Assembly: GCA_000165425.1 (NCBI GenBank)
Contig: CT868049.1
Location: 124,001 to 188,000, forward strand
DNA length: 64,000 bases
Direction: 5' to 3'
Source: Paramecium tetraurelia
Lineage: Eukaryota
The translations under genes were made by a program, and so were the position numbers. Position 1 is the first letter of the stretch; every line of letters starts with the position of its first letter. Shown piece by piece: positions 41,500 through 54,595 of the stretch. The notes under the pieces are model-generated. The model made no database searches and was not told the DNA's origin. It saw nothing but the letters and a program-made list of their open reading frames with translations.

Positions 41500-44400
41500 A
41501 TGTTAAAATTAGTTAGCATATTGCTGCTGACATTGTTGTTAGTGAAATCAACGGAAATTCATGGAACCATCAATGTGAAAGTTATATTACCGAATTAAAT
41601 TTCCGCATAAGAATCGAGTGGGGAACTTGATAAAGCATATAGATAGAATGAATTACGAGAGAATTCTGTAATGAAGGATATTGCTATGTATAAATGCATT
41701 CTATTCAGCTTAGAAGTTTTCTTGAAACAGGTAGGTCTGTTGAAGTGAACGAAGTAAAGGATAAATCCATTGAAATTTGGTCACAAAAATCATTGGAAAT
41801 AGAATAGCAACCACTAATCAAAGCAGAATAGACAAATGAAAATGCAAAAACTATTGAAGTCTAATCTGATTAAGTAAATAAGGAATCAGGAAGCTAATAA
41901 AAGAAATTATCCATTAAAGTACAAAAAAAGGAAAATAAATCAGTTGAGTAATCAACTAGTGATGTTATTGCCAATCCAAATAATAATGTTGAAGCAAAAG
42001 ACAATACAAACTAATCTGATAAATAAAAAGAAGCTTCAATATAGTAAAAGAAATTTTCAGTTTCTGTAAGCAAAAAGCAAAAATCAGAAGAGTAGAATGC
42101 TAGCCAATAGTAATAAGAAGTTTAGAATGAATAACTCTAAAATGAGAATAAAGAAAAAGTCCAAGAAGAGATTTAATAAAATACTTAAACAGCAAATACA
42201 GAAGCTGAAGTATTATCTAAAGACAGTACTTAATAATAAGATGCATCTGCTAATAATTAGGAGGTTGAGAATACTTAAACTGAATCTAAGAATATAGAAG
42301 CAACTAAATAAGTGGAATCTAGTAGTTCATCTTAAGAAATTAAGGTTGATGATTAATTGGAATAGAATAATGATTAAAACTAAGTTAAAACTGAAATCGA
42401 CAATCAAAAAGAAACTTAAGCTGACACTGCAAGTGAATCAATTTAAGAATAACAAAATTAAATTCCAGCATAATAAAATGAAACGGAATAACAATAAAAG
42501 GAGAATGTTGTGTAAAAGGAATCTTCTGAAGTAGAAACTTAATAATAATAAGAATTGAATACTTTATAAGATAAAAACATTAATAAAATATCTGTTGAGA
42601 GCAAAAAAGATGAAATTGAATAGTTGGCAAAAGATGATGTTTAAAATGAGGTTGTGATTCAGGATATTAAAATAGAAACTTAACCAATTCAATAAGTAGA
42701 TGACAAGTAATAATAAGCAGATACTAATAAAGTTGATGATTCAGAAATCTTAATCAAATCAGATGAAGAGATCAAAGTTGATCCAGTAGCATCAGATTCT
42801 AAAGATTAAGGAGAAAAAGAAGATTCTGCTGAGGAAGTTGAGGAGGAACATTCAAATAATACAGAAACTAAATAAAATTAAGATGATAAAGGATAAGCAC
42901 CTGATAATTAGGATGATTAACATGATCAACCAATTGAAGAAAATACCTAATGTGATGGGGAAGAGTTAGATACTGTACATGCATAAGAAAGTTAAAAGGA
43001 AGCTTAAGTGAAAGCAGAAACTTAAAATACAATTGAATAAAAATAAGCAGAAGATGTTAAATAAGAAGAAGTAGTTAATTAATAAGAGGTAGTTTAATAA
43101 TAAGAAGATATCAAATAAGAAGGAGTAGTTTAATAATAATAATAAGATGTATAATAATAAGAGATTAAAAAATAGTAAGATGTAAAATAATAAAAATAAG
43201 AGATCAAATAATAATAAAATGCCAATTAAGAGAAAAATAAGGATACTGATAAATAAAAGTAGGCTGAAGCACCTGATTTCATAGTCAAAAAGAAATAATT
43301 GACTAAGAAAATGAAGGAAGTTATTAATGATATGAAATAATCAGACAAAGCTCCTTAAAACAAATTGTACAGTTTGAATGTTTCAAATTTAGATCCTGAT
43401 GATGTGATTGTCATAAAAGACACTGCCTACTTTGACACAGATGCTGAAATAACAGTTTAAGAAACAATTAATCCAGAATAATAATTAATTGGAGAAGTTG
43501 TAAAGGTTTAAGCTGAAATTGAGAAAGTTGATCTGAGCATATTCGCTGATGATAGTTCTGATTTAGTTCCAATTATTGTTGAAGACACAGACAATTATGT
43601 CTAATCTGAAATTATCACTGATGCAATCAAGGATGTCACTGAGAAGGAAATTGAAATAATGGAAGAGGATAAGAATTTAGGAGAAGCTGATGTTGATGTT
43701 TAATCCTTGATTTCTGATTAAGTAGAAATCAATGCTAATTAAATCACTAAGAATATTTAGGATGACTATACTTTGGATTATGATTAAATGGAGACTGATG
43801 TTATTTAAAATAATAGTTTAAATAATGATGGAACTAATTTCGATTAATTCCAATCCTAATTAGATGAATTAGCAAAGGAACTTGATAATCTTAGTTTGGA
43901 ATAACCATCATAACCTACTTTGGAAGAACCATCTTAACCTGCTTTGGAATAACCATCTTAACTTACTTTTGAAGAACCTAAGGTTATTGACACACAACAG
44001 ACTGAGGTTGCAAAAGAAGATCAACAATACTTAACCATTGTTACCAATAATGACTCTACAATTACCAACACTGCTTCTGATGATGATTATTATTTGGATG
44101 ATTTAGATAATGAGTTAGATTAAATTATTTAATAATAGACAAATGTCTAATAGGAACCTGCAATTTAAGAATAGGTAGTTTAATAAAGCAATGATATTGA
44201 ATAGAAAGATGAGGTGACATAAAGCTAAGAAGTTTAATAAAATGATTAAGTTGATGAATTAAATAATTAGGATGAATAATAAACTATTCAAATTAATGAT
44301 GAAAGTAAGTCTAATCAAAATCTTGATGTTGATGAAAATCTTAACAATTATGATGATTATTATCAAATGGATAATTCAAATGAATAAGATGTTCAATCAG

Positions 44401-46333
44401 ATGTATAATAAGAATAAACTGAAAAATAAGAAATTCAATAAGATGATGTTTAATAAGTAGAATAAGAATTAGAAAACGAAGAGATATACGAAAGTTAAGT
44501 TTAATCCAATGAAGAGGCTGTTGTTAGTGATGGAGTAATGGTCTACACTGGTGATTCTAATGTTAATGATCAGGAATCTGATATTAATAAGGATTATGAT
44601 CTCTCATTTGAAGATTCAAATTCATAGGAAAATACAAACTAAGATGATTCAAGTAAAAAGTAGGATGCAAGCATTACATAAGATCAATAAACTTAAAATG
44701 TTGAAGCAAATTAAGAAATTAAAACATAAGTAAATGTAGATAAACCAGATTAATAATAAGAGGTAGTCTAAAATCAAGTGGTTGAGTAGTCAGATAATTA
44801 AGTAACTGAAAATAAGGTAGATGTTAATTAATAAGAGAATTAGGTAAGTGTTGATTAGTCTAATTCTGATGAACCTTAAAAATAACTAGAATCTTAATAA
44901 GAGAGTGTATCAGTATCAAAAGAAGAAACCGAGGCTTAATCTAACGTCTCTACTTAATAACCAGAACAACAGGCCTAATAATAAATAGAAGAATAAGTTG
45001 ATGAATAAGAAAATGAAATTACTTTAGAAAATGCAGCTGCTTCTGAGGAAATCAAATCTGAAGATCTACCTAAGGTTGAGATCAAGAAGAAGTAATTGTT
45101 GAAAAAGAATATTACTATAAAAGAAGAAGCTGATAACACTATTACTAATGAAGACATCAATGGAGAAGGAACTGTTCAAGAGGATAATATTGAGGTTTTC
45201 TATAATGATTCTTAAATACCTTAAGCTGAAACAGATGAAAACTTAGACGTTAAATCTGAACCAGAAGTTATTGAGAATCTTGAAGACTTAAAAGATTGCA
45301 TTGAAAATGATGAGGATGAGCATACTGTTGAAAATAAGGATGAGGTTGCATAGGAGAAGAACGAGAAAAAAGAAAAGCACTCCATAAAAGTGAGTAGGGA
45401 ACAGATACCATAAAATAAGTAGTAGGATAAATCTTTGAAAATTGAGTAAAATGAAAAATAAACTAAATTTGAAGAATAATTACATCAGTAGATTATCAAC
45501 AAAAAGTAAAAAGAGAAATAATAGTTGAGTAATGAGGAGTAATTTGATTAGATTGTGAATGAATTAGTTCATGAATTAGAAGCTACAACCAATAAAAGAG
45601 TTGAAACTAGAGAACAAGAATAATAAATTTATTAGGATATTAAAAAGAATGTGGAAGAACTTAGATAGATTCACAATAGTGATGATGTCATAGTTAAAAA
45701 GAGAGTAGATGTAGTTGAACAAGATGTAGATGCAGTTAATGATGAAAAAAATAAGGAGAAGGAATTCCAATAGAAAATTGAAGAACTATTGCGAACATAA
45801 TAAGCTTAAGCTGCATCAAAGAACAAAATTAATGATGGTGAAAGGTATTATTTGGATAAGCCTGTTAATTAAGCAGTTAGTGATTATGAAAAAGAATTGA
45901 ACTAAAGAAAATAGGAAGTTATGGAGAAAATTAAGAATGATTTGTAAATCAAGAAGGGTAGATTCTCATAGGATAACTAGAAATCAGATAATTTATCTCC
46001 TTATGAATTCGAAAGAATCTACTTGGATTGGACCCAAAATAAAAATGATATTATATCTAGTATGTTGTCTCATGCATCAGGTTCAGAAGTGTAATTGGAA
46101 TCATCAATCTCAGAAGAACCAGTAGCCAAAGTTGAAAGAGTGTCTAAAAAGCAAGAAGTTGAATAAGAAATCCAAGAATTGTTCTCAAATTATAAACCAA
46201 ATAAACAATAAATAAAGAAAAACGGAGGTATAATAAATATTATATAATCACTCTAGATTCATACGAAACAAGTTTTTTGGCAGTCAATCAACAAGTCAAG
46301 AAATCTAAGAATTTGCGAGGAAATAAAAAATGA
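41500..46333 (+). CDS. Large secreted, very acidic Q/E/D-rich protein (~1,590 aa)
   Basis: Signal peptide MLKLVSILLLTLLLVKS, two tiny introns near the ends, ~4.5 kb low-complexity exon; C-terminus DSYETSFLAVNQQVKKSKNLRGNKK*. Confidence 0.8.
43896..43979 (+). repeat. 24-bp coding tandem repeat (3.5 copies)
   Basis: Encodes LEQPSQPT-LEEPSQPA-LEQPSQLT-FEEP. Confidence 0.8.
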
Positions 46334-46682
46334 TGAAGAAATCGAATTTATAACATAAATAAAAGTATTTCATAAAAGCTTCGTCTCTAATTCTCACTAA
46401 ATTCTAAACTATTTAAATATAATTTATATTAACAATAATAAATAATTTCCCTTGGAATAATTCGTTTTTACCATTATTGTTAATTAACTAAGGCAATTTA
46501 TTTCTAATAGGAAAATATGAAGCACTTCAGATAAGAGGAATAAAGTCCATCTTACTTATAATTGTTAAGATGAAAGATAAAATTCAAAATTGTATTCAAT
46601 AGAGAAATTGATATTTATATTTTTTATTGCATCCTTAATAAAATCTATATTTAATTTCTTACTAAAATATTAATATCTTAAA

Positions 46683-48657
46683 ATGAGCTTGTTGATCTCA
46701 GAATTCTTTGATGATTAAAACGAACTATCAATTATGATATACAAGGACTTGGAATCGATTTTGGGATGTGCCCAAGAAATAGACTGCCTAATTGAGTATT
46801 TTCAAGGATCACAACCCTAACTTGTTAATCTGGGCTTGAATAAACTGTTTGCTATTTTTAACCAATCAAACTTGATGCATCTTGATATTAAGCAACAATA
46901 AGAAAGCACTGTTACAGCTCAATAAGCAGTTTAGGGAGCTAAAAGTGAATCCATTAAAATTGTTCTTGAAGTTTAAAAGTAAATCATAAACAAACAAATC
47001 CAATCAACCTTAAACTATTTCATAGATAAAAACCTCGCTTAATTCAATATACCTTATCAATTAAACTTAATTGACTTAGACTAGAGTAATATTTACTCTT
47101 AGGATTTGCTTCAAGACTTGTTTTCTTCAGATGATCAAATTCAACACTAGTTTATTTAAAGAAAGTCTAGTCTAAAAGAATCAACTCTATTAAGAAGATC
47201 ATTAAGCATCAATCAAATCCAAACAAAAAAATCAGTAATTCTAGAAAAAATTGAGTAAAATCTAATGTTATACGTTATTTAGGTATAGAAAATAGGCTAT
47301 GATCAAAAAGCTTGAACAACGATTTCCTAAGTTAGAAAGAGTAGAACCTATAATTCCATATATTTTGGGCCTATATGTCAATATAGAGAGCGAAGGACTA
47401 ATTGGGGATTTTCAGTAGGCAAAGGAGATTTTGAAATCAATCCATCATACAGTCTTAAAATTGAGCTTTAGTAACCTCTTGCAATTACTTTCTACGGAAT
47501 ATGTGAAACTATTTGTGAAATTGGATATGTAGGAGATTATATAAGGAAATTTTAACACATAAATTTAAATATAATTTGATAAAATAATAACATAACAAAA
47601 ATGGACCAAACTAGATAAATTCAAGATTTAAGAATTATTACAAAGTTCTAAATTTAATCAATCTTTCTAAATTGAATATCAAAAGCTCAAGCAATTGGAA
47701 GATTTAATAAGCCCATTAAATTCAAAAATACTCCTTCTTTTTTAATAAATTCTTCCTCATGAATAAGGAGGATTTGACAATAATCATTAGGTTGTAGACT
47801 AATTATTATAAGAGATCCAGTAGAACATTTCTGAAATCAGTAATTCCACAACACTCAATTAAGAGATTTCTCTCGCAATTAAGAAAATCCTCTAATAGAT
47901 TATAAATGTATTACATAAATTTAAAGAAAATATTCAATCTAAATTAGGACTTACTACATTAAATAGATTGAAATTATTAATTATGCAAGATGATAACCAT
48001 AAAAACATTAAATAACAATTACCTAGTAGATATCAATACAAGTGTGTACGTGAATTAGAAGATTCAGTAACAAACCTATTTAAAAGAAAAAAAATTATTC
48101 TTACTTCATCTGAACTTATTTCTTTGATTGTTGAATCCAATCAAAGAAGAGTAGACTTTGAAGGTATTTTAAGTGATTTAAAATATGGAAGTGCTACTTA
48201 AAGTGCAATACGTGAGATTTCTCAAATTTAAGATTATATCGTAAATGAAAGGGTGATATAGTTTCTTTCAAAGGTTGTTGATTATTTCTAGGATAGGATA
48301 AAAAAGAAGGATATAGATTTCAGTCTCTCTGAAATATAACTAACTTAACATGATGAATAAATGTTAAAATCCATTAATAATTAATATTTAATAAAATATG
48401 TAAAGGAAAACCGAAGACTTTTTAGAACAATCTCCAATTACATATTGGCTAATGATCCCTCAGTAAGTTTGAATCTTAGATAATATTCATCCTTATAGGA
48501 ATTATCTATTTTTGCCCTTAAGTTTTGTAAAGATTCATGTTTAAATGAGTTTTTCAGACTTTTTAGAGAAATAGATTCATAATAAATTAAATTAAAATAC
48601 TAATTAAATTCAACTGAATTGTAAGAGTGGAAAAACATCATATAGTTATTTGAATGA
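46683..48657 (+). CDS. Hypothetical protein
   Basis: MSLLISEFFDDQNELSIMIYKDLESILGCAQEIDC... long open frames with an apparent intron near 47270-47300; ends WKNIIQLFE*. Confidence 0.7.
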
Positions 48658-48776
48658 TTTAGTTCATGATATAAAGATTTTGAATTATGTTTAAATTGTT
48701 TTCCATACAAATAATAATTTATGAGATAGTTAAATTATAATTAATTCATAGTTCTGATCAATATATACTTTTATTC

Positions 48777-50590
48777 TCATTCTTCTTAAAAGATACCATT
48801 AATCCATTTTCCTGCAATTTTATTACCTTCCTAAGTTAAGAACACTCCAGTTCCATTTACCACTCCATTTCTGAAAAGTCCAGTATAGATTTCTTAATTA
48901 GATAATGTCAATTGACCATATCCATCCTGTTTCCCTTACTAGAAATCTCCATCATATTTTATCCACATATTTCCCAATTAATTGAAATCCTTGTAATTGA
49001 ATGGCGTTTACAACTGTTATGGGTTTTAATTTTTAAGAACTCCTGTACGATGAAATCTGATCTAATATTTTATATAAAATTTACTGATTTTCATAAAAGT
49101 ACCCTTCATAAATAATCTCATTATCATCATTAATCAACTTACCCAACCCTTGCTTTTTGCCACCCTAAAATATTCCTTCATAAGTTAATCCATTGGATAA
49201 TGATTCCACTCCAAATCCGTCTTAAGTAATGAGTTTCTTACTGCCTCCTTTGGAAGCCTGTTCAGTTTCAAACTTTTTAAACAAATTCTTTTTTTGTGTT
49301 TAAGGTGAATATGATTCTCTCTTTTAAATAATAGACTTAATTAAGAGATAATATTTATACACTTGAGGCTTTTGATTCTTTTGAATTCTTAGACAAGACT
49401 TATCGAAGGGATAAGTGTGAGCCTTTTTGCAATAATGACTAATTAGACATTTAGGATTGAACTTCAGGATGGACAAGAGAATGTTGCTTTGTTGTAAAAT
49501 GGACCTAATAGATTATTTCTCATAGTTTATACTCTTTTTTCGACTAAACTATATTAGAAATCTTCATTTGTCCAAATTTGAACTAGTCTTTTGCCATTTA
49601 ATAATTGTGACAAATTCAATAAATCATCTAACTATAAGAAGTCGCATCTCACTTTGGGATCATAATATAACATGGCTTCTAAAAGCAAAGGCAATGCTTC
49701 TCCATATCGATCTGATAATTTGTTGATTTATTCATTTAAAAGATTCTGATCTATCATGTAATCTTAATACAAACTTACACTTTGTCGAACAGAACACAAT
49801 TCCAAAGTCATCTAATTAAATAGAATTATAATTTACTAAACCCAGTACGAAAACATTGCTCTTGAAAACATCATAGGGCTCGAACTTCTTATTATGAATC
49901 ATTTGCCATTGCTCGGGACTCAAGTATGTGTAATCCTGCAATCTGACTTACTCACCATTTAGGATTTTATCATATAAAGTTTTGAACTCTAACTCTTGTT
50001 CAGTTGAATCAAATAAAGGACTTTAGACTTTTAATGCTATTGCTCCATTAAGCAGATGAGAGAGATAGATTTTATCAAATTTAAGTGCTGGCAAAGCATG
50101 GCCTTTAGATTAGAGAAATGCCTGACTACCAATTAGAGAATCAAGAAAGAATAATATTTCACTTTCTTCAAAATACATTTTCTTTCTGTATCCTAATTCC
50201 TAAGCAAGAGTAGTTTCATAGTAATCTAGAAAGAGTGACAATTTGTATTGGGTGTTAAAGAATTGATCTATCTATTTGTATTACATTGCTATTTTAAGAT
50301 AATGATGCAATACCATGTATTATTAAGAGATTAGGATGATTGAATCCATAAAATTTGGCTTCATAATATTGCAATGCTTATTGAAACTCTTCTTGCTCTG
50401 CAAATGTAATAAGTTTATGTACTAATTTAAAATCAAATTTTTTGAGTTCCTTGTATTCAAGTATATTCACTTAACCATACAAAGGATGCTAATAATCATC
50501 TTACACTACTATAAAATCATTGCTAAGTTAGTCAATGATGGTGAGATTGTTGATATCAAGATGCGATTTGCACTATTAACATGTTCCCAT
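48777..50590 (-). CDS. Pseudokinase domain fused to C-terminal MORN repeats; N-terminal acylation motif
   Basis: MGTCQQC start; FNHPNLL, FLDYYETTLAQEL, FEESEILFFLDSLI, YLSPEQ, DVFKSNVFVLG give a kinase fold, but HRD is replaced by HALPALK and DFG by QSP; MORN repeats at ~48790-49225. Confidence 0.8.
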
Positions 50591-50760
50591 TAATTAAATG
50601 AACAAGACTGTTATAATAATTGCTTAATAATCAATTTATTAAATATATTAAGTTACTCCATTTGAGATGAAGACATACAAATCAGAATTGAATTTTATTA
50701 TATTCGTCTGAATTGAATGGAGTCATTTAATTGAAATACCCATTATTCATAAATACAAAT

Positions 50761-52269
50761 TCATCTTATAATTAAATCCCTTGCACTCTTTGAAGTTAAA
50801 TTTACAACGATATCTTTATTGGGTTAGGTTTCCACATTTTCAGTGTCCACTATCAAAGGAATATCAGATTGCTGCGTATTCTCACTTCTTGTTTTCATCC
50901 TCTGCACAAATGGATTAACTCTGCTAGTTTCTCTTAAACTGATATCATTATTAAAACTAATCCATGGTTTGCTTTTTATGTTCTGTTCTATAAATTCTTT
51001 TCGACACAAAGGACAACACTTCTGTGTCTGTAACCATTTGAATAGACAATGCTAATGAAATAGATGATAACATGGAGTCAGTGAGCAATGATCTATATGA
51101 TCTCTTTCTGTCAATTTGCCTTATTGAGGAGGAGCCATAGATTCTAAACAAACCACACATTCAACGAATTCACTTAATTGGGGATATTTGTCTATTAAAT
51201 CCAAGTAATAAAACTGTGGGAAATACGTTTGGATAAATTCCAACTTAAACCCTTTCAGAATATCCTCATTTTATTATTGCTGCATTCTTCTTCTCCTTCT
51301 GTTGACTCTAAACTCTCGTTGCACTAATCTGATTTACTCTCTTTGTTGTTTTTATCTTATCTTCCGAAATATCAGATAGGTGATCAATATGAAACAAGTG
51401 AGAAAGATAGATTGAAGGATGATCTATAGATGATAGGGATCACTTTCTAGCAATTATTCCTTATCATACAATTCAAAATAGAACAAGATTGGAAATGAAT
51501 GTTAATTGTAAAATCCAATATTCAAAAATGAGCAATTCTCACACATCTACTGATAATAGATTAGATCGCCCTTTAATTAGTATATCTATTACTGTATTTT
51601 CTTTGGAATCATATAAGCATCATAGTGGACATTAGGAACTTCATGATTTTCTATTCCCTCCATTCCCAATCCCATCAACATCTCAGATGACTGATCCCTT
51701 ATTCTCAACTTTAAAGTGTCATTCAAATTCAATTATTTGGTTTCAAAACCAATGTATATCCATTCAAGAGGTTTAATGATAATATCATATTACATTTGCA
51801 AGACAGCAATGGTTCTCTAGAGTTAACAAAACTTCCCAAAATAGCCAGACTTGCACAAACACTACTTGTTAATTGAATTACATGTATTACCTTGTTGAAT
51901 ACAAAAGGAAGAGCATTCTCCAGATTGATTCTTGATTAGGATTGAGAAATTAGAGTATTGATTATATGATTGATTTAAGTACCCTGCATATATGTACAAA
52001 TCGATAGCAGACTCAGTAAATATGACGTGGACATCGTTGTTTGTGATGAATGACTCATGATCATAATTCAAAGACTGTATTTTATCCTATCCTTCTACAT
52101 AATAGATATTTTCAAATTATTTATTTGATGATGCCAAAATAAATGGCTGATGCAAATGCGAATGTAATGTTACTTGAATTTCGAGTGCAGATTGGTTGAA
52201 AAGGTAAAGAAAATTAGTTTAGTTTTGTTATGCTTAAGTCAATAGGATTTATAAAATAATAAATAACAT
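50761..52269 (-). CDS. Type I membrane E3 ligase: signal peptide, EGF-like domain, TM, RING-H2
   Basis: MLFIILQILLTQA; CSSFCIQQGNTCNSINKQCVCKSGYFGKFC; TM IILQSIFLTCFILITYLIF; CVVC...[26 protein letters not shown]. Confidence 0.88.
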
Positions 52270-52276
52270 TAATAAT

Positions 52277-52840
52277 TCAAAGAAATAGTTATTAAGTTTA
52301 TAAATTTTCTAAAAATTGTTTAAATTCTTGCATATTTTTATTAGCCCCCTCCAGAGTCTCCTTAATTTGATCCCACTTTTGAGATTTCTGACTATTATGA
52401 AATTTGCTGCATTTGTATGAATTAGGCTCAGTCTTTAATTTTGGAGTAAAATGTCTATTCAAAATCACCCCCAAAGGTTTCCTTGGAGACTGGGGTTACT
52501 GAACTTGTTTGAGTTTCTACCAAACCTGTTGGGGCTTACTATTAAATCAAAAATCGATTACAACATCGAATTTGTCCAATCTCGGCAATGGCCCATCTGG
52601 AGGCACTCCTCTAAAGGGTTTGTCTAATTATTTTTCAAGAGTCATCTCCAATAGAACACGAGCATATAATAAAGAATTCTATTTCCAAATAAAATTGTGA
52701 GTTGGAGTTCTCACTTTATCTAGCCATTGCAATATCCTTATTCTGAGATGTTTATCATTGATCTTCTAACAACTATTGTAGATCTTGTTGATAGTGTCAC
52801 TTAATTCTAAATCCAGAGTTTCTGCTCTTGGAGAATTCAT
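52277..52840 (-). CDS. DUF4485 (CEP112 N-terminal-like) domain protein
   Basis: MNSPRAETLDLEL...RIRILQWLDKV...WKQNSLLYARVLLEMTLEKQLDKPFRGVPPDGPLPRL; one 27-nt intron; TGA at 52277-52279. Confidence 0.8.
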
Positions 52841-54588
52841 TAATTTAACGGATAATATTAATAATTTATCAATCCTCTGCGATCCAACTCCTCCACAATA
52901 TAATTATTAATGATCTCTTCCTTGGGTATTTCTAAGGGCAAGGGTCTCAACAGCAAAGCCAATCCTTTCTTCTGACTTTAATGATAGACCTTTCGAAAAG
53001 CATCAAAATCTTGATTCCATTTCTGCAACACATTCGTAAATAATTTCTTATATATAAACATTATAAATTATCTATTAAAATGATAATAATAAATGCTATA
53101 CTAATCATGAATTAAGTAATGAAGGGGATCCCTCTTGTTCTTGTTCTTTTCCTGCTGCTACTATTGTTAAAGGGGCAGTTGCGAGATTGATTGCTATTTC
53201 ATCCTCAAGATGTCCCCATAGATTTGTTTGCATTGATGGGATATGGCTATCTTCATCTATGCCATGAATTCCAACCTTTTGTTCTTGTGTCTAACAAGCA
53301 TGTTTATACATTTTTTAACTAATTCTAAATGATCACTTACTTAGATTAACAGTGTGCAGCCCTTTTGTGACTGTATAATGGCTTCTGATGTTTTATCTGA
53401 GGATTTCGATGACGATATTGTTGCTTTTTTACTTAACTTTATCTTTCTGACTATGGATGCAAATCTACATACTCAATTAGCAGAGCAACAAGGCTCTTAA
53501 TTTAATTTTAGGTCCTTGATGTTAAATGTTATTTTTAATTTTGTTGATGAATTGCATAGTCAATATTTGTTTCCTCATATTTTTTTCAGATATGCGTTTT
53601 TGTACTTTAATGTAATTACTGATGGATGGTACTATGTAATTGACTAAGATGACAATCTAAATCCATTTCTTACATACCCATTCTTTATGCATTTATCTAC
53701 ATTTATCAGTATAACAGATTACTTTAGTTGTATGTTCATCTATTTTTACTTGATTTCTTTGGCAACATCATGCAAAGCTATCTAGGCAATTCGTTTTAAA
53801 CTTTACTCCTTCTATATAATTGTCTATTTAAATTTAATTTCTTTTTATCTCTCAGTGTTACAGGGAGATTCAATTCTTAATTTTCTCGGCAGTGATCTAT
53901 TAAGGTTAATGAAATTTAAGGATTTCTGTCTTAGCTTACGTTTTCGGATGATTAAATCAGCTAGCTCTTCTATATCTGAACAGAATTCATCTTTTTTTTT
54001 TATTTAAGGTATTTTCCTAGGTATTGGAGGCTTGGCAAACTCATTTTTGATAGTAATTACCACATCATTATGTGCTAATATGGCAACGTAAAGTGTAGGA
54101 TCAAAAAAAGTTGTGCCTTCTTTAGAGTGATATTTGAGCACTCGACCATAAGTTTCGATTTCTGCATTGAAACGATTGGGTTATTAGAATTTCACGGAAC
54201 AAAACAATCGCATTTTAGTATTGGGATCACCTTTTTTTACGTAGATGAATAAGACTACTGGTGAATATTTTTCATGGATATCTAGGGAGGTATAAAGGAA
54301 TTGATTTCTATAGAGAGTGAAGGTAGTTTCACCCCAAACATCCAATTTGTTATTCTAAATGAAGTGTTTCTTTCTGCTTGGCAATTCTCTTTGAGTCAGA
54401 TTATATTCTTTGATATCAAAGGCTCGATGGCTGAATTGATCAAGTAATGCAAATTTACTATTCAGATTGAGCTTTTCCTCACTTAGTATGCGAGAATCTA
54501 AAATAAGGGAATCAGCTGCACTCGGAGGTTCCGTTGTGAAAATCGAAGGAACAACCGATTTTAGATGTTTAGGTTTATAATATAACAT
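52837..54588 (-). CDS. Hypothetical protein (start may lie upstream at 54672 or 54750)
   Basis: MLYYKPKHLKSVVPSIF...IHEKYSPVVLFIYVKKGDPNTKMRLFCSVKFQQPNRFNAE...; frame followed through 2-3 tiny introns to ...LEIPKEEIINNYIVEELDRRGLINYQYYPLNQ* (TGA 52837-52839). Confidence 0.75.
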
Positions 54589-54595
54589 ATAATTA

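Noticed and set aside
52837..53061. Apparent separate 74-aa ORF (MFIYKKLF...)
   Set aside because: It is in frame with, and forms the C-terminus of, the gene starting near 54588.
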